A stretch of DNA of 64,000 nucleotides, taken from contig JBEKBT010000001.1 in the NCBI GenBank assembly GCA_050015255.1, positions 11,710-75,709 on the forward strand, given 5' to 3'. Below the pieces are notes generated by a model. That model saw only the letters and a program-made list of their open reading frames with translations, did not search any database and was not told the DNA's origin. This document shows positions 28,355 to 37,337 of this stretch, one piece after another. Position numbers and translations under genes: made by a program. Numbering within the stretch: the first letter of the stretch is position 1; each line of letters begins with the position of its first letter. Source of the DNA: Acidimicrobiales bacterium. GTDB taxonomy: Bacteria; Actinomycetota; Acidimicrobiia; Acidimicrobiales; Bog-793.

Positions 28355-29524
28355 GTGCGCACAGCCCTCGCCATCGCCCGAAAGGACCTGCGCCAGCGTA
28401 TCCGCGACCGATCGGCCATCGTCGTGGGGGTCATCGCCCCGGTCGCGATCGCCGGGCTCATGAGCCTGGCCTTCAACGGGATGAACAGCTTCCACTTCAC
28501 CTTGGGGCTGGTCGAGCTGGACCACGGCCCGGTGGCAGTCGAGCTGGCTAAGGCCCTCGACGCCCCTCAGCTGCGTCAGGTCATCACCGTCAGCGAGGTC
28601 AGCTCGACAGCGCTCGCCCGCGCGGAGATAAAGAGCGGCTATCTCGGAGCGGCTCTGGTGATCCCGGCGGGGTTCTCCGCGGCTGTCACCGGCGAGCACC
28701 CCGAGTCCCTCACAACCCTCAGCTCGAACGACGGCTCGATCGTCGGCAGCGTGACGACGTCCATCGCCTCGTCGTTCGTGGCGCAGGTGAACGCCGACCG
28801 TCTCGCCTTCGCGACCGCTCTCGCCGCAGGCGCGCCGAGAGGCGACGCTGCCCAGCTGATAGGTGTCGTCTCGAAGCTCCACATCCCCCTGCAGGCCGTG
28901 CAGCAGGCCGTCGGCGCCCATGAGCTGAAGGTGATCAGCTACTACAGCCCAGGCATGGGCGTCTTCTTCCTGCTGTTCACAATCAATTACGCATCTCGCA
29001 GCTTCTTCGTCGACCGCTCTCAGGGCATGATCGAGCGCATGCGGGCCGCTCCGGTCAGTCCCGTCGAGATACTGCTCGGAAAGGCGCTGTCGGTGTTCGT
29101 CTACGGGGTCGTCAGCCTGGCGACGATCGGTGTCGTCACGACTGCCGCTTTCGGCGCCGACTGGGGTGCCCCACTGCCTGCCGCCCTCGTCGGCCTGGCG
29201 CTCGTCTTCTCCGTGATCTGCCTCACCGCCCTGGTGATAGGCGTCGCCCGGACCCAACGCCAAGCCGAGGGGATCTCCTCGATCCTCGTCTTCGGCCTGG
29301 CACTGCTCGGGGGTGACTTCTTCTTCATCTCGAGCGCACCTTCGACCATCAAGCACCTGGCGCTGCTCACCCCCAACGGGTGGGCGATCCGTGGCTTCAC
29401 CGATCTTGCGACCATCGGGGGAGGGCTCGGCACGATCGTCGAGCCGGTGGTGGCGATTCTCGTCATTAGCGCCGTGATCGGCGCCATCGCCCTCAGCCTC
29501 GCCCGCCGGGCGGTGACAGCATGA
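28355..29524 (+). CDS. ABC-2 exporter permease
   Basis: IARKDL, N-terminal TM, extracellular loop, C-terminal TM bundle, ER.RAAP, LTPNGWA. Confidence 0.85.
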   Translation: MRTALAIARKDLRQRIRDRSAIVVGVIAPVAIAGLMSLAFNGMNSFHFTLGLVELDHGPVAVELAKALDAPQLRQVITVSEVSSTALARAEIKSGYLGAALVIPAGFSAAVTGEHPESLTTLSSNDGSIVGSVTTSIASSFVAQVNADRLAFATALAAGAPRGDAAQLIGVVSKLHIPLQAVQQAVGAHELKVISYYSPGMGVFFLLFTINYASRSFFVDRSQGMIERMRAAPVSPVEILLGKALSVFVYGVVSLATIGVVTTAAFGADWGAPLPAALVGLALVFSVICLTALVIGVARTQRQAEGISSILVFGLALLGGDFFFISSAPSTIKHLALLTPNGWAIRGFTDLATIGGGLGTIVEPVVAILVISAVIGAIALSLARRAVTA

Positions 29525-30687
29525 GGGCGATCGCCATCGCGAGGGCCTCGGGTCGCCGCGTGCTGCGTGACCACGTCGCCCTGTTCTTCCTGATAGTCCT
29601 GCCGATCGTCGTCATCGTCATCGTCGGCGCGGTCGCCCAGGGGTTCAACACCTTCCGCGTCGGAGTGATCGACCTCGACGGGACCCAAGCCAGTCGCCAG
29701 CTCGTAGCCGAGCTCAGCCACGCCTCGGGGCTGGCGGTCAGCGATTATCCCAATCTCACCTCGCTCGAAAAGGCGGTGGGACGTTCGGAGATCAGTGCCG
29801 GTGTCGTGATCCCTCGGGGGCTGAGCAGCGACGAGCGCCGCGGGAGGGCGGTGACCGTCGCCGTCATGGCTGAGCAGGCGAACAGCACCCAGCAGGCGGC
29901 GGCGACGCAGGTCACCTCGGTCGTCGACGACTTCGGGGGCAAGGTCCAGGCCGCTCAGTTCGCCACCCGCTACGGGGGCAGCTTCACCCAGGACCTGAGC
30001 CGGGCAGCCTTTCTCGAGTCGAGCACGCCGCGCGTCAAGTTGACTTCGCGGGTGGTTCAGACGAGTCAGGGGTCTCTCCCGCCGGGCTATGAGTACAGCG
30101 CGCCGACCGAGCTCGTGCTCTTCGTGTTCCTGATGGCGATCGCCAGCGGCGCGACCATCGTCGAGACCCGGCGCCTGGGCATGTTCGAGCGCATGTCCGC
30201 GGCACCTGTACGCCCGCGGACAATCATCGCCGGCGAGTCGGTCACCTACATCCTCATCGCCGCCGGGCAGTCCCTCGTCATCGTCGCGATCGGAGCTCTC
30301 GTCTTCGGCGTGTCGTGGGGCAACCCCCTGGCGGCAGGCGCGCTGCTCATCTTGTGGTGTCTTGTCGGCGCCGGCGCCGGCATGGTCGCAGGCACGTTCT
30401 TCCGGACACCTGAGCAAGCGAGCGCCATGGGCCCTGTCATCGGGATCGTGTTCGCCATGCTCGGCGGGTGCATGTGGCCGCTCTCGATCGTCTCGAGAAC
30501 AATGCGCGAGATCGGCCACGCCACGCCGCAGGCCTGGGCGGTCGACGCCTGGACCAGCCTCTTGTCGAACCACGGCGACATAGTCACGATCTCGCGCGAC
30601 CTCGGTGTCCTCGCCCTTTTCGCACTCGGCTTCTTCGCCCTGGCAACCTTCAGGCTCAAGGCGATGCTGGCCGCCCGGGGGGCCTGA
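29521..30687 (+). CDS. ABC-2 exporter permease
   Basis: Same topology; MLGGCMWPL, TPQAWA; ATGA overlap. Confidence 0.85.
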   Translation: MRAIAIARASGRRVLRDHVALFFLIVLPIVVIVIVGAVAQGFNTFRVGVIDLDGTQASRQLVAELSHASGLAVSDYPNLTSLEKAVGRSEISAGVVIPRGLSSDERRGRAVTVAVMAEQANSTQQAAATQVTSVVDDFGGKVQAAQFATRYGGSFTQDLSRAAFLESSTPRVKLTSRVVQTSQGSLPPGYEYSAPTELVLFVFLMAIASGATIVETRRLGMFERMSAAPVRPRTIIAGESVTYILIAAGQSLVIVAIGALVFGVSWGNPLAAGALLILWCLVGAGAGMVAGTFFRTPEQASAMGPVIGIVFAMLGGCMWPLSIVSRTMREIGHATPQAWAVDAWTSLLSNHGDIVTISRDLGVLALFALGFFALATFRLKAMLAARGA

Positions 30688-30804
30688 GCGGCCGCCTCGG
30701 AGCTGCCAGGTTCGAAGCATGATGCGCAGATTGGAGGTCGGCGCCTCGTCGTCGTGTCCGGCAGCGCGGTGGCCGTTTACCGCCGGGCTGAGCAATCTGC
30801 GCGG

Positions 30805-30957
30805 TCAGTGCAAGCCGGAGGACGCGAACAAATAGAGGTCGAACATGGCGATGCTGCTCGTCACGACCATGAGGGCGAGCACGACCGTGTGGTAGGGGCG
30901 TCTGGTTGCCGTACGGGGCTTGTCGAAAGATCCCCGAGTGCGTGCGAGCTGTCTCAT
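30805..30957 (-). CDS. Unannotated 50-aa small membrane protein (MRQLARTRGSFDKPRTATRRPYHTVVLALMVVTSSIAMFDLYLFASSGLH)
   Basis: Below the ORF-track cutoff; AGGAGG SD 5 nt before ATG; ATGA overlap with stop of 30954-32051; basic N-terminus plus one hydrophobic helix. Confidence 0.7.
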   Translation of the reverse strand: MRQLARTRGSFDKPRTATRRPYHTVVLALMVVTSSIAMFDLYLFASSGLH

Positions 30958-32051
30958 GGGCTCCTCCTGAGAAACTCAGTCCAGGGTGCGGCCTCGCGAG
31001 CACCTTCCTCTGATAGCCCTGAGGCGGGGCTTGTCGGGCCCGGACCTTCGGGTCTGACCGAGTGCGAGAACAGGTCCTGGCGACGGTCGATGAGCAGGAG
31101 CACCTGGCGTGCGATCACGAGCAACGCGAGTCCGAAGCCGCTCAGCCACGAGACTCGATCGACCTGGTGGTGAAGCTCGAGCTCGACGGTCATGACCGAA
31201 AGTGCCAGGAGGACCGGCACATAGGGCGTGACGAAGGAGATGAGCGACGCCTCGACCGGCTCGCGGGACGTGGCGCGCACCGCGAGCCCGGCATCGCTCG
31301 ACGCTCCCACGGCAATGGCGAGGTAACCCAGCACCCAGCCGGTGTCGACGACGTTGCCCGTCGCGTAGCGGCCGACCTCGACGAGGTAGGCGTAGGTGCT
31401 GTCGGAGACTGCCATGGCGAAGAGCCCCAAGAGCACCCACAACAGCGGTCGGCGCCCCGTGGCCGTGATGGAACGGACCGAGAGGACGATGAGGAAGAGG
31501 ATGACCAGGTCGCCGAAGGGGTAAGCAAGCGCGACGACGCCGCCGGCGGTCGAGAGGTCGCTGTGGCGCCACAGCGGGCCGAGCACGAAGGTCCAGCTCA
31601 GTAGAAGCAGTGAAGTGCCGATCGCCAGTCCGTCGAGGGTCGCTCGCGCCTTGTAGGTCCCGGCCGCGTGCATGCCGGGATGGCACAGGAGCGCTGCTGC
31701 CGCCAGCGGGATCGCCCCGAGATAGCCGACGTCTGCCCATGACGGCACCGGTACCGCGACGCGAAGGACGAGGTCGTACACCCCCCATGTCACCTCGGCC
31801 GAGGTCCAGGCCAAGAGGGCCAGGCCGAGGAGGACCCAGAAGCGCCGCTCCGGGCCGCTTTGGCGTCCCGCCGCCAGAATGCACGCCACGCAGGCGCTCA
31901 ATGCCGCCAGAGCCGTGACGATGTCGTCGAAGTAGCGGACCCCGGTGCCACCCCCGACGTGCAGTCCCAGCCAGAAGAGGAACACCAAGGTGACCGACAG
32001 GGCACCGGCCGTCGTGCCGAGCTCTGCACGGCGAAAATTGACGGCTCGCAC
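30954..32051 (-). CDS. Polytopic membrane protein resembling the N-terminal sensor region of actinobacterial GGDEF/kinase proteins, without an output domain
   Basis: About 9-10 TM segments; RRFW, PSWADVGYL, LDGL, LAYPFGDL, SDSTYAY, DTGWVLGY, PYVP, ARQ. Confidence 0.75.
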   Translation of the reverse strand: MRAVNFRRAELGTTAGALSVTLVFLFWLGLHVGGGTGVRYFDDIVTALAALSACVACILAAGRQSGPERRFWVLLGLALLAWTSAEVTWGVYDLVLRVAVPVPSWADVGYLGAIPLAAAALLCHPGMHAAGTYKARATLDGLAIGTSLLLLSWTFVLGPLWRHSDLSTAGGVVALAYPFGDLVILFLIVLSVRSITATGRRPLLWVLLGLFAMAVSDSTYAYLVEVGRYATGNVVDTGWVLGYLAIAVGASSDAGLAVRATSREPVEASLISFVTPYVPVLLALSVMTVELELHHQVDRVSWLSGFGLALLVIARQVLLLIDRRQDLFSHSVRPEGPGPTSPASGLSEEGAREAAPWTEFLRRSP

Positions 32052-32058
32052 GTAGTAC

Positions 32059-32087
32059 TTATCGGCAGACTTGCTCCACGCGCGGAG
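32059..32087 (-). promoter_or_regulatory. Sigma28-like promoter CTCcgc-N15-GCCGATAA, 7 nt before the GTG start
   Basis: Exact GCCGATAA on the minus strand at 32059-32066; only a partial -35 match. Confidence 0.4.
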
Positions 32088-32171
32088 AAGATAGGGACCT
32101 TTGCCTCTAATTTAATCTGGCGGCTCTTCTGCCATTGCCATCGGCCGCCCCGTGGGTGAGCTTTCAGCGAG

Positions 32172-33152
32172 TCAGCTGACTCGGGCCAGCAGCGGGAGGA
32201 GGTGCTCGGTGATGATCTCGAGCTGAGCTTGTGGATCCTGGCTGAGGAGCTCTATGGCGAAGGCAGTGGCGCCGCCCTCGACGAGCCGGCCGATGAAATC
32301 TGCTCCCTGTTCAGGGCTGCCTATGGCAGCCACTTGCAGGAGCTGGTCCGCGGACACGTTGCGTGTGGACTGACGTTTCCATACCGACAGCGCGTCGTCG
32401 ACCGCAACGCCGGCGATGGGGTTGACGTTGACGTTCAAGAACACACAGACAGGGAACTCACTGTCTGAGCTCCGGCCCGAAGAGGCGCGAAGCTCCTCGA
32501 GCACGCGTATCCGTTCCCGCAAGGTGTCGGGTGTCACCGCGAAGGTGAGCCAACCGTCACCGAGACGGGCCACGCGCTCGAGGACCCGGTTCACGCGTGG
32601 CGGCGACGCACCCACAGGAGGGTTGCCGGCCATCCAGACCGGAAGCGGCTGCTGGACGAAAGCTGGCGCGAGGTCGAGATCGTCAATCGAGAAGTGCTTG
32701 CCCGAGAACGACACCGGACCACCCGCGCTCACCGCACGGAGGAACTCCACGTTCTCCTCCATGCGCGCCAGCTTTTCGGCGTGGTCCATGTTGAACGCGG
32801 CGAGCTCGTACGCGCGCGTCGGGCCGGTAGCTTCCCCGGGACAGGCGACGAAGGTCATGCGGCCGCCCGACAAGACGTCGAGACTGGCCCACTGCTGGGC
32901 GACGATGAGCGGATGGCGCAGCCCGAGGCTCGCCTGACACGCCACGCCCAGGCGTACCCGGGTCGTTCGAGCCGCACACGCCGCAAGCAGGACGACCGAA
33001 TCGTAGAACGGCAGCGAGACGACCGAGTCGGTCACCCACACGTGGTCCCAGCCGGTCTCTTTGTCCGCGGTCTCGGCGATCCGCAATACGGCACCGGGCG
33101 CCAGGGGGGTGGGCCGCAGGCGAGTGGGAAGAACAACGCCGACATCTGTCAT
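32172..33152 (-). CDS. LLM-class flavin/F420-dependent oxidoreductase
   Basis: DHVWVTDS, LAACAARTTRVRLG, RHPL..AQQWASLDVLSGGR, PVWMAG, RVARLGDGW; SD GGAGG. Confidence 0.85.
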   Translation of the reverse strand: MTDVGVVLPTRLRPTPLAPGAVLRIAETADKETGWDHVWVTDSVVSLPFYDSVVLLAACAARTTRVRLGVACQASLGLRHPLIVAQQWASLDVLSGGRMTFVACPGEATGPTRAYELAAFNMDHAEKLARMEENVEFLRAVSAGGPVSFSGKHFSIDDLDLAPAFVQQPLPVWMAGNPPVGASPPRVNRVLERVARLGDGWLTFAVTPDTLRERIRVLEELRASSGRSSDSEFPVCVFLNVNVNPIAGVAVDDALSVWKRQSTRNVSADQLLQVAAIGSPEQGADFIGRLVEGGATAFAIELLSQDPQAQLEIITEHLLPLLARVS

Positions 33153-33248
33153 GCTTTCGCCTCCGTGGCTGAGTGGGCTGGCTAGCAGAATCCTACAATA
33201 TCGGTAGAAACAGTTATGATTTGCAGGCGTGCGGCTAAGCTCAGCGTC

Positions 33249-34115
33249 GTGGCCCGAGACGAGCAACTGATCGACGCGCCGGCGCTTCGCCGAGAGCTTG
33301 ACGACCAGCACCTCAGGATCATCGACGCGACGGCATTCCTTCGCCGCGAGGTCGCCGACGGCCCCTACACCGTTGAGAGCGGACGGCGAAGCTACGACGA
33401 GGCCCACATCCCCGGGGCCGTGTTCGCCGACATCCCCGGTGAGCTGTCAGACCCCGACTCCCCGTTTCCCTTCACCCTTCCGACGCCGGAAAGATTTGCC
33501 CGGGTGATGGGAGAGCTCGGTGTGGGACCGCACACTCGCGTGGTCGCCTACACGCAGGAGTCGCCCATGTGGGCGTCCCGGTTGTGGTGGCTGCTGCGCT
33601 ATTTCGGCTTCGACGACGTGCGTGTGCTCGACGGCGGTCTGCCGGCGTGGCGCCGGGCGGGATTCGCGCTGAGCTCGGTGTCGCCAGCCGTCGAGCCGGC
33701 AAGCTTCGTCGCGCGTCCACGTCCGGAACTTCTGGCCACCAAGGACGACGTCATCGCCGTCGTGGGCGGGCAACCGGCGTGCCTCGTCAATGCGCTCACG
33801 GCGAGGGCCTTCAGGGGAGAAGGGACCGCCTACAGCCGGCCCGGCCGGATCCCCGGATCGCTGAGCGCGCCGGCACATGACCTCGTCGACCCGGATACGG
33901 GATGCTTCCGACCGCGTGAAGAGTTGGCAGGTGAGCTAGCTGGCCTGCTCCATATCGATCCGGAGATCCCCGTGATCGCCTACTGCGGTGGCGGCATTTC
34001 GGCAACGGTCGACGTGTTCGTGCTCTCGCTCCTCGGCCGCGACGATGTGCGTCTCTACGACGGATCGCTCACCGAGTGGAGCGCGGACCCGCGACTTCCG
34101 CTCGAGGTGGGCTGA
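33249..34115 (+). CDS. Two-domain rhodanese/sulfurtransferase (SseA-like)
   Basis: HIPGAVF, SRLWW.L.YFG, LDGGL..W, GRIPGS, YCGGG, LYDGSL.EW; TAAGCT 7 nt before GTG. Confidence 0.9.
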   Translation: MARDEQLIDAPALRRELDDQHLRIIDATAFLRREVADGPYTVESGRRSYDEAHIPGAVFADIPGELSDPDSPFPFTLPTPERFARVMGELGVGPHTRVVAYTQESPMWASRLWWLLRYFGFDDVRVLDGGLPAWRRAGFALSSVSPAVEPASFVARPRPELLATKDDVIAVVGGQPACLVNALTARAFRGEGTAYSRPGRIPGSLSAPAHDLVDPDTGCFRPREELAGELAGLLHIDPEIPVIAYCGGGISATVDVFVLSLLGRDDVRLYDGSLTEWSADPRLPLEVG

Positions 34116-34118
34116 GCG

Positions 34119-34772
34119 TTGCCCAAAGCGATTGTCTTCGACTGTGACGGCGTGCTCGTGAACAGCGAGCCGGCGTGGTTCACCGGCATCGTGACCGTAT
34201 TCGCCCGCCACGGGATCCACCGACTCGTCACCGGTCCGGCGTCGAGCCTTTACGGGGGATCCGTGCGTGATGTGGCTTCGCTCTTGGAACGCGAGGTCGG
34301 AGCGCCTCTCGACGTTGACCAGGTCGTCCGGGAGATCTATGAAGCGATCCTCGTCGCCATCGCCGAAGGTGTGCGGGCGATGGACGGCGCGATCGAGCTG
34401 CTCCGGGCAGTTCGCGGCTCCCGGCCACTGGCGGTCGCGTCCAACGGCTCCATGGAGACAGTCGAGGCAGCGATGGGGGCCGCCTCGATCCCGGCCGTGT
34501 TCGACGCGGTAGTCGCGCTCGAACCTCCGCTTCGGCCCAAGCCGGCGCCTGATCTGTACCTGCGCGCTTGCGAGCGCATAGGCGTGCAACCGGCGCACGC
34601 CATCGCCGTCGAGGACTCTGTGACCGGGGCGCTGTCGGCGCGCGCCGCCGGCCTGACGGTTGCCGGCGTCGGAGAGGCGCCCGGGCTCGAAAGTATTGCT
34701 GACCTGGTCGTGCACGATCTCTTGGACACGCGGCTCCTGGATTTGCTGGAGATCGAAACACTGCAGCTGTAG
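34119..34772 (+). CDS. HAD-superfamily phosphatase
   Basis: VFDCDGVLVNSE, VASN, KPAPDLY, VEDS..G. Confidence 0.88.
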   Translation: MPKAIVFDCDGVLVNSEPAWFTGIVTVFARHGIHRLVTGPASSLYGGSVRDVASLLEREVGAPLDVDQVVREIYEAILVAIAEGVRAMDGAIELLRAVRGSRPLAVASNGSMETVEAAMGAASIPAVFDAVVALEPPLRPKPAPDLYLRACERIGVQPAHAIAVEDSVTGALSARAAGLTVAGVGEAPGLESIADLVVHDLLDTRLLDLLEIETLQL

Positions 34773-34860
34773 CGAGCGGCCCCAGGCCGCGGCCTGAGAC
34801 AGCCGCGTCCTGAGACACCGCCAGCCGCCGGCCGGGTCCGGCTCCGGCGCCGAAGCAGCA

Positions 34861-34909
34861 CAGCGCCAGGCCGGGCCGGTCCAACCAAGACCGGCCGGCC
34901 GTGGCGCTG
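34861..34909. terminator. Long imperfect GC hairpin downstream of the HAD gene
   Basis: CAGCGCCA-GGCCGGGCCGGTC / GACCGGCCGGCC-G-TGGCGCTG arms with a CAACCAA loop. Confidence 0.45.
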
Positions 34910-34996
34910 CCCTCGCAAGTCCTGCGCCCCTCACGGGCCCTCACGGGCCCACCTCCGTCACCGGGGAGGGGTTTACCGGCTCTAATGTCGATGTAC

Positions 34997-35064
34997 TTGA
35001 TTATCTTAATCGAATAAGTCAAGAATAGACAAGCGGACGGCCGTACCCCCATACGGCCGTCCGC
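34997..35064 (+). promoter_or_regulatory. AT-rich promoter/operator (TTGATT...AAGAAT; dyad TTGATTA-TCT-TAATCGA) followed by a perfect 13-bp leader hairpin
   Basis: Sharp AT-rich patch; GCGGACGGCCGTA-CCCCCA-TACGGCCGTCCGC at 35033-35064. Confidence 0.55.
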
Positions 35065-35094
35065 GTCAGTGGCTCGAGGACAGGAGGACTGAGC

Positions 35095-36621
35095 ATGACC
35101 GCAGTCGATGTGAGGGAGCTCGAAGTGGAGCAGGCGAGCCCCGAGAACGATGAATCACCGATCCTGGCGGCGATCGAGACCCACTCGATCGATGTCATCC
35201 CGGACAAGGAGCGCCACGGCACGATCCGTCAGCAGGGTGTCTTCTGGTTCCTCTCCAACACCCAGACGCTCAGCGTCGCCGTCGGCTTCATCGGCATCGC
35301 CCTGGGCCTCTCGGTCTGGTGGACGATCATCGCGGTCCTCTTGGGCAACGCCTTCGGCACGGTCTTCATGGCGCTGCACGCCTCTCAGGGGCCGCGTCTC
35401 GGGCTGCCCCAGATGATCCAGTCCCGGGCACAGTTCGGCTACCGAGGTGTCGTCCTGCCGCTGTTCTTGGCGTTGTTCACCTATCTGATCTTCGCCGTCC
35501 TCGACACGGTCATCATCGCCCAGGGCTTCAACCAGATCTTCGGATGGAACACCGTTGCCGTTGGCGTTGTCATCGCGATCGCAGCCGTCCTGCTGGCGGT
35601 CTACGGCTACGACTGGCTGCACCGTGCCTTCCGGGTGCTGTTCTGGGCCTCGCTCCCTCTGTGGCTCGTGCTCACGATCGGGATCTTGACCGGGAACGCG
35701 GGTGGAAAGCCGGCGCCACACAGCACTTTCGGCTGGATCGCGTTCTTCGTCGTGTTCGCGGCGTCGGCGAGCAACAACATCTCCTACGCCCCGGTCGTGT
35801 CCGACTACTCTCGCTACCTGCCCCGCTCGACGCCGTTCGGCAAGGTCGTGACCTCGGTGTACGTCGGGGCCTTCCTTTCGTTGAGCTGGCTCGCCGCCAT
35901 CGGTGCGTGGCTGGCGGCTCACCTTGGCGCAACGGACGCGCTCACGACTGTCCAGCAGGCGGGCAACCATATCGCCTCCGGCTTCGGGACGGCGCTGATC
36001 ATCGTCGTGACCATCGCCCTCGTAGCGACGATGGGAGAAATGGCCTACAGCGGCCAACTGGTGGTCCTCACAGCCATCGACTCCATCCGACCGATCCGGC
36101 CGACCGTCACGAAGCGGGTCGTGACCGCTTCGTTGATCGCGACGGTCTGGGCCATTCTCGGCCTGGCGGTGTTCCACAACGTCACTACGGCGGTGGACGA
36201 CGGGCTGACACTCTCGCTGTACCTGCTGACGCCGTGGACCATCGTGAACCTGTACGACTACTTCTTCGTCCGTAAGGGGAAGTACGCCATCACCGAGCTG
36301 GAGAACCGGCGAGGCCTCTACGGCGTCTGGGGATGGCGGGGTATCGCCGCCTATGTGATCGGCTTTGCCGCCTCTGTGCCCTTCTGGGACCTGTCGTTCT
36401 ACGTCTCCCCAGTGGCGAATGCGACCAACGGGCTCGACATCAGCTTCATCGTCGAGCTGTTCGTGAGCGGAGCTCTCTATGTCATCTTCGCCCGGTCGAT
36501 CGATCTCTCCGGTGACGCGGCCACGATCGAGGCGAGCAACGCCGCGCTCGTCGCGCTCGGCATCCTCCAGCCTGGCGACCGTCCCTCCGCCGCTGCCCAC
36601 CCCGCGTTAGCCAGGTGGTAG
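35095..36621 (+). CDS. NCS1 purine-cytosine permease family transporter
   Basis: IETHSID.IP..ERHG, GPRLGLPQMIQSRAQFG, SYAP.VSDYSRYLP, PWT.VNL.DY; about 12 TMs; SD AGGAGG. Confidence 0.9.
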   Translation: MTAVDVRELEVEQASPENDESPILAAIETHSIDVIPDKERHGTIRQQGVFWFLSNTQTLSVAVGFIGIALGLSVWWTIIAVLLGNAFGTVFMALHASQGPRLGLPQMIQSRAQFGYRGVVLPLFLALFTYLIFAVLDTVIIAQGFNQIFGWNTVAVGVVIAIAAVLLAVYGYDWLHRAFRVLFWASLPLWLVLTIGILTGNAGGKPAPHSTFGWIAFFVVFAASASNNISYAPVVSDYSRYLPRSTPFGKVVTSVYVGAFLSLSWLAAIGAWLAAHLGATDALTTVQQAGNHIASGFGTALIIVVTIALVATMGEMAYSGQLVVLTAIDSIRPIRPTVTKRVVTASLIATVWAILGLAVFHNVTTAVDDGLTLSLYLLTPWTIVNLYDYFFVRKGKYAITELENRRGLYGVWGWRGIAAYVIGFAASVPFWDLSFYVSPVANATNGLDISFIVELFVSGALYVIFARSIDLSGDAATIEASNAALVALGILQPGDRPSAAAHPALARW

Positions 36622-36625
36622 TCCC

Positions 36626-37300
36626 ATGATCGCTTTGAAGCCTCGCTACGACGGGCTGGCGGAATGGTACGACGAAGTCATGCGGGACCCGGGCAACCGG
36701 GGTCCGCTCGCCCGCTCGGCCTATGAGACCCTCGCCGAGTTACTGGGCGCCGGCAGCGGGGCGGCGCTCGACATCGGCTGTGGGACAGGGCTTGCTGCCG
36801 AGAAGGTGCGCTGGCTCGGCTACGAGCCGTTCGGCGTCGCCCTTTCCTTCGACCAGCTCAGGGTCGCCTCGCGCCGGCTCCCGGCGGCCCAAGGTGACGC
36901 GGCACGGCTGCCGGTGGCTTCCGGCCAGGTCCCGCTCGCCTACAGCGCCTTCGTCTCATCGGACCTCGACGAGTTCTCAGAGGCGGTGTCCGAGGCGTAC
37001 TGGGTGCTCCGCCCCGGCGGGCGCTATGTGAGCGTGTGCGTCCATCCGTGCCTGAACGGCGGCTACTCCGAGCTGCGAGAAGACGGAAGTGTGGTCGTGC
37101 GCCCAGGGTACGGGTCGGTCGGCTACCAGTCCTACCGGGAGTTCGGCTCGACCATACGCGGCCAGGTCGGGGCATGGCACCGGCCACTGGCAGAGATCCT
37201 CAACACCTTCCTGGTAGCCGGCTTTCGTTTGGCTCGTCTCGTCGAGAGCGGACCGACGCCGTTGCCCAGCCTGCTCGGCATCAGCGTTTTCAAGCCATGA
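36626..37300 (+). CDS. Class I SAM-dependent methyltransferase
   Basis: YD..A.WY, LDIGCGTG, QGDAARLP, VLRPGG, HPC, HRPL. Confidence 0.8.
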   Translation: MIALKPRYDGLAEWYDEVMRDPGNRGPLARSAYETLAELLGAGSGAALDIGCGTGLAAEKVRWLGYEPFGVALSFDQLRVASRRLPAAQGDAARLPVASGQVPLAYSAFVSSDLDEFSEAVSEAYWVLRPGGRYVSVCVHPCLNGGYSELREDGSVVVRPGYGSVGYQSYREFGSTIRGQVGAWHRPLAEILNTFLVAGFRLARLVESGPTPLPSLLGISVFKP

Positions 37301-37337
37301 CGCCAAAGTGGCCATCTAAGCGAATGGAGAGAAACTG

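Noticed and set aside
34790-34830. Two CCTGAGACA copies suggesting a TPP riboswitch
   Set aside because: The other TPP core elements were not found at suitable spacing, and the site lies upstream of the predicted promoter
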